Assembly (NCBI GenBank): GCA_031382385.1
Contig: JANMYS010000078.1
Coordinates: forward strand, 71,415-135,414
Reading direction: 5' to 3'
Length of the DNA: 64,000 nt
DNA from: Gemmatimonadota bacterium
Lineage (GTDB): Bacteria > Gemmatimonadota > Gemmatimonadetes > Gemmatimonadales > GWC2-71-9
Shown here: one piece after another, positions 1 through 9,414 of the stretch
How positions within the stretch are numbered: the first letter of the stretch is position 1
Layout: each line of letters begins with the position of its first letter
The notes under the pieces: model-generated
The model's database searches: none
What the model saw: only the letters and a program-made list of their open reading frames with translations
What the model was told of the DNA's origin: nothing
Translations under genes and position numbers: made by a program

Positions 1-1
1 C

Positions 2-1483
2 CACGCCGAGCTGATCGTGTCGAAGACCGAAGTCGACCTCAAGGACCTCGGCAGCTCCAACGGCACGTTCATCAACGGCAGCCGGGTGACGGAAGGGGTG
101 TTTGCCGCCAACGACTCGGTGACGTTCGGGAAAGTGGTCTTCCAGCTCAAGGGAGCTGAACCGCTCCCGGGGAAGCTGGCCACGACCGGCGGCGGGCTGC
201 CGCAGCAACCGGGCGGGACGATCGTCAAGCAGATCGCGATGAGCGGCGGACTGCCTCCGGTGATGGCCACCGGAAACGAGCTGAAAGACGCCGGCGGCGG
301 CCAGCTCAAGGTCGCCGGCGCCAGCACCGGTGAGCGGCAGGCGCGCAAACTCTCGCTGCTGCTGGATGTGGCACAGAAGCTCTCGGGCGAGCTGGACCTC
401 GACAAGCTGCTGGGCCGGGTGGTGAGCACGACCTTCGAGGTCATGAATGTGGACCGGGTCTCGGTTCTGCTGTCCACCGACACCGGCGATCTCGTCCCAC
501 GCGTCTCCAAGAGCCGGCTCGGCGAGACCAGCTCGCAGCATGTGCCCCGGTCGATCGCCCGGAAGGCGGTGGAGGAGCGGGTCGCCATCCTGAGCGACAA
601 CGCCGCGGCCGACGATCGGTTCAAGGGCGGCCAGTCGATCATGCTGCAGAGCGTCCGCAGCGCCATGTGCATTCCGCTGATGGCAGGCGCGGAGCAGGTC
701 CTCGGCATCCTCTACGTCGACAATCTCACGGCGACCAATTCCTTCAGCGATGAAGACTTGCAGTTCCTGATCGCCTTCGGTGGTGTGGCCGCCATCGCAA
801 TCAAGAACAGCCGTTTCGCCGACCAGATCCAGCGCCAGGCCATGGTCCGCTCCAACTTCGAGCGGTACTTCGCGCCGAATGTCGCCGCTGAGATCGCCGC
901 GCAGCAGGGCACCGTCAAGCTGGGCGGCGACAAGCGGCCGGTCACCATCCTCTTCTCCGACATCCGCGGCTTCACCACGATGTCGGAGCACATGCTCCCC
1001 GATGCGATTGCCGGCCTGCTCTCGGACTACTTCACCGAGATGGTCGACGTCATCTTCAGCCACGGCGGCACGCTCGACAAGTTCATCGGCGACGCCATCA
1101 TGGCGCTGTGGGGCGCCCCCATCCCCCACGCCGACGACCCTGACCGCGCCGTACAGGCCGCCATCCAGATGCAGAAGGCCATTCAGACCCTGAACGTCAA
1201 GTTCAAGGAGGATGGCCGGCCCACCATCAGTGTGGGTATCGGGATCAACTATGGCGAGACCTTCGCCGGCAACATCGGCAGCCATCTTCGGCTGGAATAC
1301 ACCGTCATCGGCGATGCAGTGAATGTCGCCTCGCGGCTCTGCTCCAACGCCGCCGGGGGCGACATTCTCATCAGCGATTCGCTCTACCAGGTCCTCAAGG
1401 AGAAGCCCGAGGTGGAGGCCAGAGACCCGCTCACGGTGAAGAACCGCGCCCAGGCGGTGAAGGTGTGGCGGGTGAAATTGTAG
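2..1483 (+). CDS. FHA-GAF-class III adenylate/guanylate cyclase, 5' end cut by window edge
   Basis: Frame stays open from nt 2 (track ORF 17..1483). N-terminal DLGSSNGTFINGSRV is an FHA core. GAF-like middle block follows. C-terminal cyclase motifs VTILFSDIRGFTTMSE, FIGDAIMALWGAP, YTVIGDAVNVASRL. Confidence 0.9.
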   Translation, partial: HAELIVSKTEVDLKDLGSSNGTFINGSRVTEGVFAANDSVTFGKVVFQLKGAEPLPGKLATTGGGLPQQPGGTIVKQIAMSGGLPPVMATGNELKDAGGGQLKVAGASTGERQARKLSLLLDVAQKLSGELDLDKLLGRVVSTTFEVMNVDRVSVLLSTDTGDLVPRVSKSRLGETSSQHVPRSIARKAVEERVAILSDNAAADDRFKGGQSIMLQSVRSAMCIPLMAGAEQVLGILYVDNLTATNSFSDEDLQFLIAFGGVAAIAIKNSRFADQIQRQAMVRSNFERYFAPNVAAEIAAQQGTVKLGGDKRPVTILFSDIRGFTTMSEHMLPDAIAGLLSDYFTEMVDVIFSHGGTLDKFIGDAIMALWGAPIPHADDPDRAVQAAIQMQKAIQTLNVKFKEDGRPTISVGIGINYGETFAGNIGSHLRLEYTVIGDAVNVASRLCSNAAGGDILISDSLYQVLKEKPEVEARDPLTVKNRAQAVKVWRVKL

Positions 1484-1547
1484 GGAGTAAGGAGTAGGCG
1501 GTAGGCGAAGAAGGCTGACGGCCAACGGCTGACGGCTGACGGCTACC
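1484..1547. repeat. Phased heptamer tract (GGAGTAA/GGCGGTA/GGCTGAC/GGCCAAC units) filling the whole convergent spacer
   Basis: gggagta aggagta ggcggta ggcgaag aaggctg acggcca acggctg acggctg acggcta reads in a constant 7-nt register between the stop codons at 1483 and 1543. Confidence 0.9.
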
Positions 1548-2106
1548 TCCCGAACTCGTACCGCACCCCCGCCTCGTCCAGCAGCCGCAGCACCAGCCGG
1601 ACCGGCAGCCCCATCACCCCGAAGAAGTCTCCCTCGATGCGGTCGACCAGCGCCGCTCCGTAGCCCTGGATCCCGTAGGCTCCCGCCTTGTCCATCGGCT
1701 CACCCGTGGCGATGTAAGCGCGGAGGAATTCATCACCACACCCGCGAAACGTGACCGCGGTGATGTCGGTGGCCTGACGCAGGACGCCGTCGGCCACCAG
1801 CGCGACGGAGGTGATCACCTCGTGGGTCCGGCCCTGCAGGGCGCGCAGCATGCGGAGCGCGTCGGCCGCATCGGTCGGCTTCTCCAGCAGCACTCCCTCC
1901 AGCAGGACCGTGGTGTCGGCACCCAGGACCAGCGCCCCAGGGACGCTCAGCGCCTTTTCCCGCGCCAGCCGCTCCACATACCCGATCGGCGATTCCCCCG
2001 CGCCACGCACCTCCGCGATGTGCGATGGGCGGACCTCGACCCTGATGCCGAGCATCTCGAGCAGCTGTTTGCGACGGGGCGAGGCGGAGGCGAGGATGAG
2101 GGGCAT
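1543..2106 (-). CDS. maf: Maf-like nucleoside triphosphate pyrophosphatase
   Basis: MPLILASASPRRKQLLEMLGI... and GAYGIQG motifs; 187 aa, typical length. Confidence 0.9.
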   Translation of the reverse strand: MPLILASASPRRKQLLEMLGIRVEVRPSHIAEVRGAGESPIGYVERLAREKALSVPGALVLGADTTVLLEGVLLEKPTDAADALRMLRALQGRTHEVITSVALVADGVLRQATDITAVTFRGCGDEFLRAYIATGEPMDKAGAYGIQGYGAALVDRIEGDFFGVMGLPVRLVLRLLDEAGVRYEFGR

Positions 2107-2135
2107 GGGCCAGTCGTGAAGCGTGGAAGGGATTC

Positions 2136-2234
2136 GGGGAACCGGGAACGGGGAACGGGAAGAGCGGTAGGACGGGGATAGCGCCGGGATCAGGTTGCCT
2201 CGGTCTCCCGTTCCCTGTTCCCCGTTCCCCGTTC
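2136..2234. repeat. Inverted GGGGAAC / GTTCCCC heptamer arrays (long hairpin) enclosing the dtd stop codon
   Basis: Left arm ggggaaccgggaacggggaacggga (2136-2160). Right arm tcccgttccctgttccccgttccccgttc (2206-2234). The dtd stop at 2190-2192 lies in the loop. Confidence 0.9.
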
Positions 2235-2669
2235 TCGCTCCAGCATCAGCGTCACCGGCCCATCATTCACCAACTCCACCTGCATGTCGGCGCCGAACTC
2301 CCCCGTCTCCACCCCCAGCCCGCGTGCCTGCAGCTGAGCGACGAACTGCTGGTAGAGGGGTATCGCGACCTCGGGGCGGGCGGCGGCGATGAACGATGGC
2401 CGACGGCCCTTCTCCGCATCCCCATAGAGGGTGAACTGCGACACCACCAGCACGCGGCCCTGCACCTCGGCCAGCGCCAGGTTCATCTTGCCCTCCGCGT
2501 CGCTGAACAGCCGGAGACCGGCGACCTTTTCCGCCATCCAGCCCACCTCCGCCGCGGTGTCGGCATGGGTGAAGCCGACCAGCACGCAGAATCCGCGGCC
2601 GATGCGGCCGCGGAGCGTGCCATCGATGGTGACGGAGGCGCTGGAGACGCGCTGGAGGATGACGCGCAT
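2190..2669 (-). CDS. dtd: D-aminoacyl-tRNA deacylase
   Basis: Internal ATG at 2669 gives MRVILQRVSSASV...SQFTLYGD..KGRRPSF. The upstream 38 codons of track ORF 2190..2783 are non-homologous. The C-terminal tail ERGTGNRERETEAT is encoded by the heptamer repeat. Confidence 0.9.
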   Translation of the reverse strand: MRVILQRVSSASVTIDGTLRGRIGRGFCVLVGFTHADTAAEVGWMAEKVAGLRLFSDAEGKMNLALAEVQGRVLVVSQFTLYGDAEKGRRPSFIAAARPEVAIPLYQQFVAQLQARGLGVETGEFGADMQVELVNDGPVTLMLERERGTGNRERETEAT

Positions 2670-2765
2670 GGGAAGAAGGTAGCCGTCCCGGCTCGCTTGG
2701 CCACCTCCGCGACCACCGGTTTCCTTGGGGCATCCCCCTCGGCACCCCCTGCAAGCGACCAACCG

Positions 2766-4091
2766 ATGAGCCGTGCCTGTCACCGATTGATCACCGCCCC
2801 AGCCCTGCTACTCTGCTGCCTCTCCGCGACCTCCGCCCGGGCACAGGAAGCGGGCGGCGCACCGCTCGCCGGGCGACTGGCCCAGCAGTACTTCACCGAG
2901 GCGGACAGCCTGGCCCGGAAAGATGGCGGCAGGTTGTGGGGGCGTTCTCTCGCTGCACCGCTCCTGCTGGTCGATCGCGACTCGCGCAAGATCGTGGCGA
3001 ACCTGCCGGACCAGGACGGTCATCTCGTGGCCGATGGTCGGCTCTACACCGGCATCCTGCCGCAGTCGCAGAACGTCGCCAACACCGCCTTCGACTGGAG
3101 CGGCAGGCGCTGGACCATGCTGGTCACGCCGCTTCCCCGCGACGCGGCGCAGCGCGCGTCCCTCATGCTGCACGAGATGTGGCACCGGATCCAGGACAGC
3201 CTCGGCTTCCCCGCGGCGAGCCCGACCAATGACCACCTCGATCAGCTCGAGGGACGGACCTGGCTCCGCCTGGAGGGTCATGCCCTGCGTGCCGCCCTCG
3301 AGTCATCCGACCGCCATCGCCGCCAGGCGATTGCCGACGCACTTGCCTTCCGCCGCTTCCGCCACGAGCAGCTCGCGGGCTCCGACAGCAGCGAGCGGCA
3401 GCTCGAGCTGAATGAGGGACTGGCGGAATACACCGGCCTCACGCTCGCGGGCTTCACCGGGCGCGCGGGAGCGCGCGAGGTGGCCGCGCGCCTCGGCGGA
3501 CTCGACACGCTGACCCATCTGGGCCGCTCCTTTGCGTATCTCACGGGCCCCGCCTACGGTCTCCTGCTCGACTGGACCGGCAAGCCCTGGAGATCCACAC
3601 TCACCGCGAATGATGAACTGAGCGCCCGACTCGGCGCCTTGCTCACCATTCCTATCACGGAAGCACCGCTGGCGGAGGTCACCCAACGCGCGACGGCGTA
3701 CGGCTACCGGGAGGTGCGCGACGCCGAGGAAGCGCGCGAACAGACTCGCGCCGCGCGACAGGCCGGACTGCGACAGCGATTCATCGAGGGTCCGGTGCTC
3801 CGGCTCCCTCTCATGGAAATGCGGCTGGGATTCGATCCCGGGAAGGTGGAGCCACTCGACAGCGCGGGAACGGTGTATGGCACGCTGCGGATCGTCGATC
3901 GCTGGGGGGTGCTCGACGTCACCACTGGCGGCGGGCTCGTCCGAGACTGGGCTGAAGCGATCGTGCCTGCGCCCACCGACGCGAACGGCAGCCGGGTCAC
4001 GGGCGAAGGGTGGACGCTGGAGCTTGCGGCGGGCTGGGCGATGGTACCGGGTGCGAGGACTGGAGATTTCCAGCTTCGTGCGCCCCCGTGA
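2766..4091 (+). CDS. Secreted hypothetical protein with HExxH (HEMWH) zinc-peptidase-like motif
   Basis: ATG at 2766 gives signal-like MSRACHRLITAPALLLCCLSATSARAQE. Single HEMWH motif. No family recognised. Confidence 0.6.
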   Translation: MSRACHRLITAPALLLCCLSATSARAQEAGGAPLAGRLAQQYFTEADSLARKDGGRLWGRSLAAPLLLVDRDSRKIVANLPDQDGHLVADGRLYTGILPQSQNVANTAFDWSGRRWTMLVTPLPRDAAQRASLMLHEMWHRIQDSLGFPAASPTNDHLDQLEGRTWLRLEGHALRAALESSDRHRRQAIADALAFRRFRHEQLAGSDSSERQLELNEGLAEYTGLTLAGFTGRAGAREVAARLGGLDTLTHLGRSFAYLTGPAYGLLLDWTGKPWRSTLTANDELSARLGALLTIPITEAPLAEVTQRATAYGYREVRDAEEAREQTRAARQAGLRQRFIEGPVLRLPLMEMRLGFDPGKVEPLDSAGTVYGTLRIVDRWGVLDVTTGGGLVRDWAEAIVPAPTDANGSRVTGEGWTLELAAGWAMVPGARTGDFQLRAPP

Positions 4092-4309
4092 CGTCGCCAG
4101 GGCGACCATGCTGCCTGACGGCTGACCCTTTGATTGTGCACCGGGTGTACCATTCAGGGCATGCCGACCCGACCGCCTTCTCATGTTGAGCTCGACCGCG
4201 TCACCGTGGGACCGGCCGGGAGACCGGCCTTCCGAGTCATGGCGGCAGGGGGAGCGGAGCCACACCGGGATGGGCAGGTGGAGTGGCAGGGATACCGGGG
4301 GCCCGAACC

Positions 4310-6103
4310 ATGACCCGGCGCAACCGCTTGATCGTGGTCGCGGCGGCACTGGCGCTCCTTGCCGCTGGGGGCACCCGCCTCCTCGACAGCCTTCTGGAAC
4401 GGACCCTCCGCGACCCGCTGAACAACTACCTCCGCGATCGCACCCTGCGCCTGCTGCGGGAAGACCGCCCGGAGGGACTGACGATCACCCTGCCGCAGCT
4501 GAACCTGAGCCTGCTCCGGCGGCAGCTGGAGGTGGACGAGATCCGCATTCGCTACGACCACCAGAGCGGCAATCGCTACGTGCGGATGGAAATCACCGTC
4601 CCGGAGCTGATGCTCACCGGGATCGACGTGAGCGATCTGATCTGGCGACGCCAGTTCCAGCTCACCGGCGTGCACCTCGACCACCCCCGCTTCGTGTTGC
4701 TGGATGAAGACACCACCGGCGCCGCCGATTCGAGTGCCACCCCCACTGCCCCCGCCGACGCAGAGAGTGATTCGCTGCCGGACATCTTTCCGGCGCCGGA
4801 TTCCCTGCTCTATCGGGTGGTGGCCGACTGGCTCCCGGACGACGTGCGCGAAGGGCGCATTGAGCATCTGTCAGTGGAACGCGCAACGATCACTTCGACC
4901 GTTCGCCGGGGTGCACGACTGACGGTCGACTCCACCGCCGACCTCACGCTCGCCATCCGCGGGCTGGAGCTCGACAGCACACGGCACCGGGTATTCGAGT
5001 GGGGTACACTCACCGCGAAGACGGTGATTCACGCCACACCGGGCCGGGGCGACAGTCTCGTGCTCGAACAACCCAGCATCACCGTCGTGCCGGAGGACAC
5101 CGCCTATGCCGTCGCCGTTGCGCGCACCGCACCGTGGGATGGGGGCCATGCACTTCGCATCTTCGGATTCAAGCGATCACAGGTCCGGCAGTCGCTCACG
5201 GCGGACTCCATCCTCTACGCGCCGGGCCTGCCGGACTCCCTCTTCTTCCGCGGCGCGCGAACCCGCACCAGCCGTACCCTCGCCGCGGTATATGGGCTCA
5301 CCGTGCGCGGGCTGCCCCAGGATCAGATCCGGCAGCGGCAGGCGGTCGCGCGGCGGATCGAGATCGACAGCGCCACCCTGGATGTGCTGGCCGACCACCG
5401 GCTCCCTTCCCGGCCGCCACACCGGAGCCGACGGCTCTGGCCGGCGCGGTTCGCCGCGCTGGACTGGATGGCGGGAGCAGACACCGTGGTACTCCGCGCG
5501 GGGGCGATCCGCTATGGCGAGATAATGCCGGGACGCGCGACCGCTGCCACCGTCACCTTCGATCAGATTCACGCCACCATCAGCAGCGCCACCAATGGGG
5601 CGGCGCATGGGCTGGAAACCGGACCCGTCGTCCTGGACGCCGAGGCCCGGCTCTTCGGCCACGGTGCGCTCCGCGCGCACTTCGCCATCCCGGTCAGGCG
5701 GGGGCCGCTCGAGGGCCGCATCGAGGGTCGGCTCGGTACCATGCCCCTCGAGGCGTTTGACCGTTTTGTGCTGGTGGCCAACGGTGTGGATATCACCTCG
5801 GGCAAGATGACAGAGGCCGACTTCTGGATGGACCTGGCGGGCGGCCGAGTGAAGGGCCAGTTCAAGGCCATTTGGTCCGATCTCGAGCTCCGCCTGGTGG
5901 ACCCGGTGACCCGCAAGCAGAACCTCGGCCGTAAGCTCAAATCGATGATGGCGGGATTGCTCGTGCGGAAAAACAACCCGGTGGATCGGGCGGGGGTGCC
6001 GCAGACGTTCCCCATCAACTACGTGGTCGGACCGGAGGACACCTTCTGGGGCCTGATCTGGCGCGGGGTGCGCTCCGGGATGATGAAAGCAATGAAGAAA
6101 TAG
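4310..6103 (+). CDS. Membrane-anchored hypothetical protein (AsmA/DUF748-like suspected, not verified)
   Basis: ATG at 4310 gives MTRRNRLIVVAAALALLAAGG, an N-terminal anchor. Long ORF with coding-like high third-position GC. Confidence 0.6.
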   Translation: MTRRNRLIVVAAALALLAAGGTRLLDSLLERTLRDPLNNYLRDRTLRLLREDRPEGLTITLPQLNLSLLRRQLEVDEIRIRYDHQSGNRYVRMEITVPELMLTGIDVSDLIWRRQFQLTGVHLDHPRFVLLDEDTTGAADSSATPTAPADAESDSLPDIFPAPDSLLYRVVADWLPDDVREGRIEHLSVERATITSTVRRGARLTVDSTADLTLAIRGLELDSTRHRVFEWGTLTAKTVIHATPGRGDSLVLEQPSITVVPEDTAYAVAVARTAPWDGGHALRIFGFKRSQVRQSLTADSILYAPGLPDSLFFRGARTRTSRTLAAVYGLTVRGLPQDQIRQRQAVARRIEIDSATLDVLADHRLPSRPPHRSRRLWPARFAALDWMAGADTVVLRAGAIRYGEIMPGRATAATVTFDQIHATISSATNGAAHGLETGPVVLDAEARLFGHGALRAHFAIPVRRGPLEGRIEGRLGTMPLEAFDRFVLVANGVDITSGKMTEADFWMDLAGGRVKGQFKAIWSDLELRLVDPVTRKQNLGRKLKSMMAGLLVRKNNPVDRAGVPQTFPINYVVGPEDTFWGLIWRGVRSGMMKAMKK

Positions 6104-6110
6104 GCGCGCG

Positions 6111-7937
6111 CTACTCCACCGTCACGCTCTTGGCCAGATTGCGCGGCTGGTCGACGTTGCACCCGCGCCGGACCGCCACGTAATAGGCGAAGAGCTGCAG
6201 CGGGATGATGGTCAGAATGGGCGTCAGCAGGTCCATGGTCTCGGGAATCGTGAACGTGGCCTGGGCCAGCTTCCGCAGCTGGTCATCGCCTTCGTTCTTG
6301 ATGGCGATCACCTGGCCACCCCGGGCCCGGACCTCCTCGACGTTCGAGACGATCTTGCCGTACACCGCGTCGCGCGGGGCGAGGAAGATGACCGGCATGT
6401 TCTCGTCGATCAGCGCGATCGGGCCATGCTTCATCTCCGCGGCGGGGTAGCCTTCCGCGTGGATGTAGGAGATCTCCTTGAGCTTGAGCGCACCTTCCAG
6501 CGCGACGGGAAAGTTGACCCCGCGCCCCAGGTAGAGGGCGTTGTTGGCCCGCCAGAGCCGATCGGACAGCGCCTCGACCTCATCGGCCCGGTCCAGGATC
6601 TCGCGGATCTGGTCCGGCAGCGCCCGCAGCGCCTGGATGATCTGGCGGCCCTGCAGGATGCTCAGGTGACGCAGCCGGCCAAAGCGCAGCGTGATCAGCG
6701 CCAGCGCGATCACCTGGCTAGTGAAGGCCTTGGTGCTGGCGACGCCCACTTCCGGGCCGGCGTGCAGGTAGATGCCGCCGTCGACTTCCCGCGCGATACT
6801 CGAGCCCACCACGTTCACGATGCCGAGGGTCCGGGCCCCGCGCCGCTTGGCCTCACGGATGGCCGCCAGGGTGTCTGCGGTCTCGCCGGACTGCGAAATG
6901 CCGATGACCAGCGTCCGGTCGTCGATGACCGGGTTGCGGTAGCGGAACTCGGAGGCGTACTCGACCTCGACCGGAATACGGGCGAGCTCCTCCAGCATGT
7001 ACTCGCCGATCAGGCCGGAGTGCCACGAAGTGCCGCAGGCGGTGATCACGATCCGGTTGATCTTCTTGATATCGTCATCGGTCAGGTTGAGCCCGCTGAC
7101 GCGCGCCGTGCCCTCCTCGTCCAGCAGATGCCCGCGCATGGTGTTCCGCACGGTATCCGGCTGCTCGAAGATCTCCTTCAGCATGAAGTGGTCGTAGCCG
7201 CCGCGCTCGATCGTGGCGAGGTCCCAGTCGATCTGGTTGACCTCCTTCTCGATCCGCGTCGCCGAGAGGTCGCGGACATGATAGCCACTGCGGGTAAGGA
7301 CGACCATCTCGCCGTCATCGAGATAGACCACGGAGCGGGTGTGCGCCAGGATCGCCGAGGCATCCGAGGCAACGAACCACTCGCCGTCGCCCACACCCAC
7401 CAGCAGCGGTGAGCCTTTCCGCGCCGCGACCAGCACATCCGGCTCGGACTCGGAGATGACGGCGATTCCGTAGGCACCATCGACCTCGCGCAGCGCCTGA
7501 GCGACCGCCTCTTCGAGATTGCCCTTGTAGCACTCCCCCACCAGGTGCGCGAGCACCTCGGTATCGGTCTCGGACTTGAAGGTGTGACCGCGCTGCAGCA
7601 GGACCTTCTTGATCGCACCGGAATTCTCGATGATGCCGTTGTGGATCAGCGCGATCTTCCCGCTCTGGTCCATGTGCGGGTGCGCGTTGATCGCCGTCGG
7701 CGGACCATGGGTGGCCCAGCGGGTGTGCCCGATGCCGATCGTGCCCTTCGGCATGTCCCGATCGAGCAGGCTTTCGAGCGCGGAGAGCTTGCCCGACTCC
7801 TTGACCACGACGAGGCCGCGCCCATTGAGGATCGCCACACCGGACGAGTCATAGCCCCGATACTCGAGGCGCCGGAGCCCCTCGATCAGCAGGCCAGTCG
7901 CCTGACGCGGGCCGATATAGCCGACGATGCCGCACAT
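6111..7937 (-). CDS. glmS: Glutamine--fructose-6-phosphate aminotransferase
   Basis: MCGIVGYIG N-terminal nucleophile, two SIS domains, C-terminal ...NLAKSVTVE; 608 aa. Confidence 0.97.
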   Translation of the reverse strand: MCGIVGYIGPRQATGLLIEGLRRLEYRGYDSSGVAILNGRGLVVVKESGKLSALESLLDRDMPKGTIGIGHTRWATHGPPTAINAHPHMDQSGKIALIHNGIIENSGAIKKVLLQRGHTFKSETDTEVLAHLVGECYKGNLEEAVAQALREVDGAYGIAVISESEPDVLVAARKGSPLLVGVGDGEWFVASDASAILAHTRSVVYLDDGEMVVLTRSGYHVRDLSATRIEKEVNQIDWDLATIERGGYDHFMLKEIFEQPDTVRNTMRGHLLDEEGTARVSGLNLTDDDIKKINRIVITACGTSWHSGLIGEYMLEELARIPVEVEYASEFRYRNPVIDDRTLVIGISQSGETADTLAAIREAKRRGARTLGIVNVVGSSIAREVDGGIYLHAGPEVGVASTKAFTSQVIALALITLRFGRLRHLSILQGRQIIQALRALPDQIREILDRADEVEALSDRLWRANNALYLGRGVNFPVALEGALKLKEISYIHAEGYPAAEMKHGPIALIDENMPVIFLAPRDAVYGKIVSNVEEVRARGGQVIAIKNEGDDQLRKLAQATFTIPETMDLLTPILTIIPLQLFAYYVAVRRGCNVDQPRNLAKSVTVE

Positions 7938-7946
7938 ACCGGGTCC

Positions 7947-9335
7947 TTACTTCGAGAAGAGTTCGCGACAGGCCGTCACCAGCGTCTCCGCTGCGGCCTG
8001 GGTGGGGGCTTCCGCAATAAACCGCACGATAGGCTCTGTGCCCGATGGTCGAACGTGCACCCATCGGTCGGACCACGCCAGTCGCAACCCGTCGCGCCGA
8101 TCCGGGACCGCCTCAGGGAAACGGGCCAGAAGAGCCGAGTACACTGGAGCTAAATCGTTGCCACGAGGTGCTTTGGCTTTCACAATCCGATACCGGGGTT
8201 GGCTTGCGACGAGCTGCGAGACCGACTGCCCCGTAGCGGCGAGGAGGTGCAGGATCAGTGCCACACCAACCGGCGCGTCCCGTCCGATATGCAGGGAGGG
8301 TAGAATCACCCCGCCATTGCCCTCGCCGCCGATGATCGCCCCCTCATCCCGGATGGTCCGGGCCACATTCGCCTCACCCACCGGCGCCCGAACGAACCGG
8401 GCCCCATTCAGCCGTGCCGCATCCTCCACCACCAGACTGGTCGAGAGGTTCGAGACCACGACCGGAGCGTTCGCCTGACCCGCAACGGGCGGAGCTGGAG
8501 CTCCGCCCCTACCAAGCATTGCCCGGACCGCGAGCGCCAGCGTGTAATCCTCGCCGATCGGTTCGCCCAGCTCATTCACCAGCGCCAGCCGGTCCACATC
8601 GGGATCAACCGCCAGGCCGATGTCGGCGCCACTCTCCCGGACAAGACGCGCCAGGTCGCCGATGTTCTCAGGCAGGGGCTCGGGCGGGTGGGGAAACTTC
8701 CCATCCGCCTCCAGGTTGATCCCGTGCACCCGGCAGCCAAGGCGTTCGAGCAACGGCGGAATGGCCAGGCCGCCGGCACCACGCACGCAGTCGAGCGCGA
8801 CGGTAAAACGGCGCCGTCGGATCGCGGCGACGTCGATCATGGGGAGCGCGAGCACCTGATCGAGATGCCGGGCGATCGCATCGCCATCCTCCCGCACGAC
8901 TCCGACGCCCTCCCAGCCGACCCGCGGCGGCCCCGCCTCGGCCAGAGCGCGTACCGTCGTGCCGTCGGCGCCGTCGAGGAAGATCCCGTCGGGACCCACC
9001 AGCTTGAGAGCATTCCATTCGATGGGATTGTGGCTGGCGGTGAGGATCAGCCCGGCACCGGCGTGATGATGCTCCACCGCCAGCTGCACGGTGGGGGTGG
9101 GGACGATCCCGACATCGATGACGTCAACCCCGACCGACATCAGCCCCGCGATCGCCGCGCGGGCGAACATCGGGCCGCTGGTGCGGGCGTCGCGACCGAG
9201 GACTACCAGCGGCGTGCCATTGGAGCGGGCCCACGCACCCAGGGCCGCGGCGTGACGGGCCACCAGCTCCGGGGTGAGATCCTTGCCGACGATCCCGCGC
9301 ATCCCGGACACACTGATCATGAGAGTATCAGACAT
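7947..9335 (-). CDS. glmM: Phosphohexomutase, GlmM-like (phosphoglucosamine mutase candidate)
   Basis: SVSGMRGIVG and TASHNP phosphoserine-loop motif. Lies 9 nt downstream of glmS. Substrate specificity is inferred from context. Confidence 0.8.
   Translation of the reverse strand: MSDTLMISVSGMRGIVGKDLTPELVARHAAALGAWARSNGTPLVVLGRDARTSGPMFARAAIAGLMSVGVDVIDVGIVPTPTVQLAVEHHHAGAGLILTASHNPIEWNALKLVGPDGIFLDGADGTTVRALAEAGPPRVGWEGVGVVREDGDAIARHLDQVLALPMIDVAAIRRRRFTVALDCVRGAGGLAIPPLLERLGCRVHGINLEADGKFPHPPEPLPENIGDLARLVRESGADIGLAVDPDVDRLALVNELGEPIGEDYTLALAVRAMLGRGGAPAPPVAGQANAPVVVSNLSTSLVVEDAARLNGARFVRAPVGEANVARTIRDEGAIIGGEGNGGVILPSLHIGRDAPVGVALILHLLAATGQSVSQLVASQPRYRIVKAKAPRGNDLAPVYSALLARFPEAVPDRRDGLRLAWSDRWVHVRPSGTEPIVRFIAEAPTQAAAETLVTACRELFSK
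8487..8513. repeat. 27-nt GC-rich palindromic element copy inside glmM coding sequence
   Basis: gggcggagctggagctccgcccctacc is the exact reverse complement of 21426-21452. It is translated in frame as GRGGAPAPP. Confidence 0.9.
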
Positions 9336-9414
9336 GGCGCAAAGGTAGGACGGGAGGGCGGGGCTGCGGTAGGGCGACAGGCGGTCCCGGGCGGCCGCGA
9401 GACAGGAGTTGGAC

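Noticed and set aside
2565-2765. N-terminal extensions of track ORFs, for example 2565, 2783, 13835, 50015, 50903, 32548, 35523, 44019 and 27553
   Set aside because: The extensions overlap neighbouring genes or repeats and lack homology. Internal starts give canonical N-termini (MRVILQRV, MRLLVVGGGG, MRGAILAGG, MPPLTPRD, MPIITLLTDYG and others).
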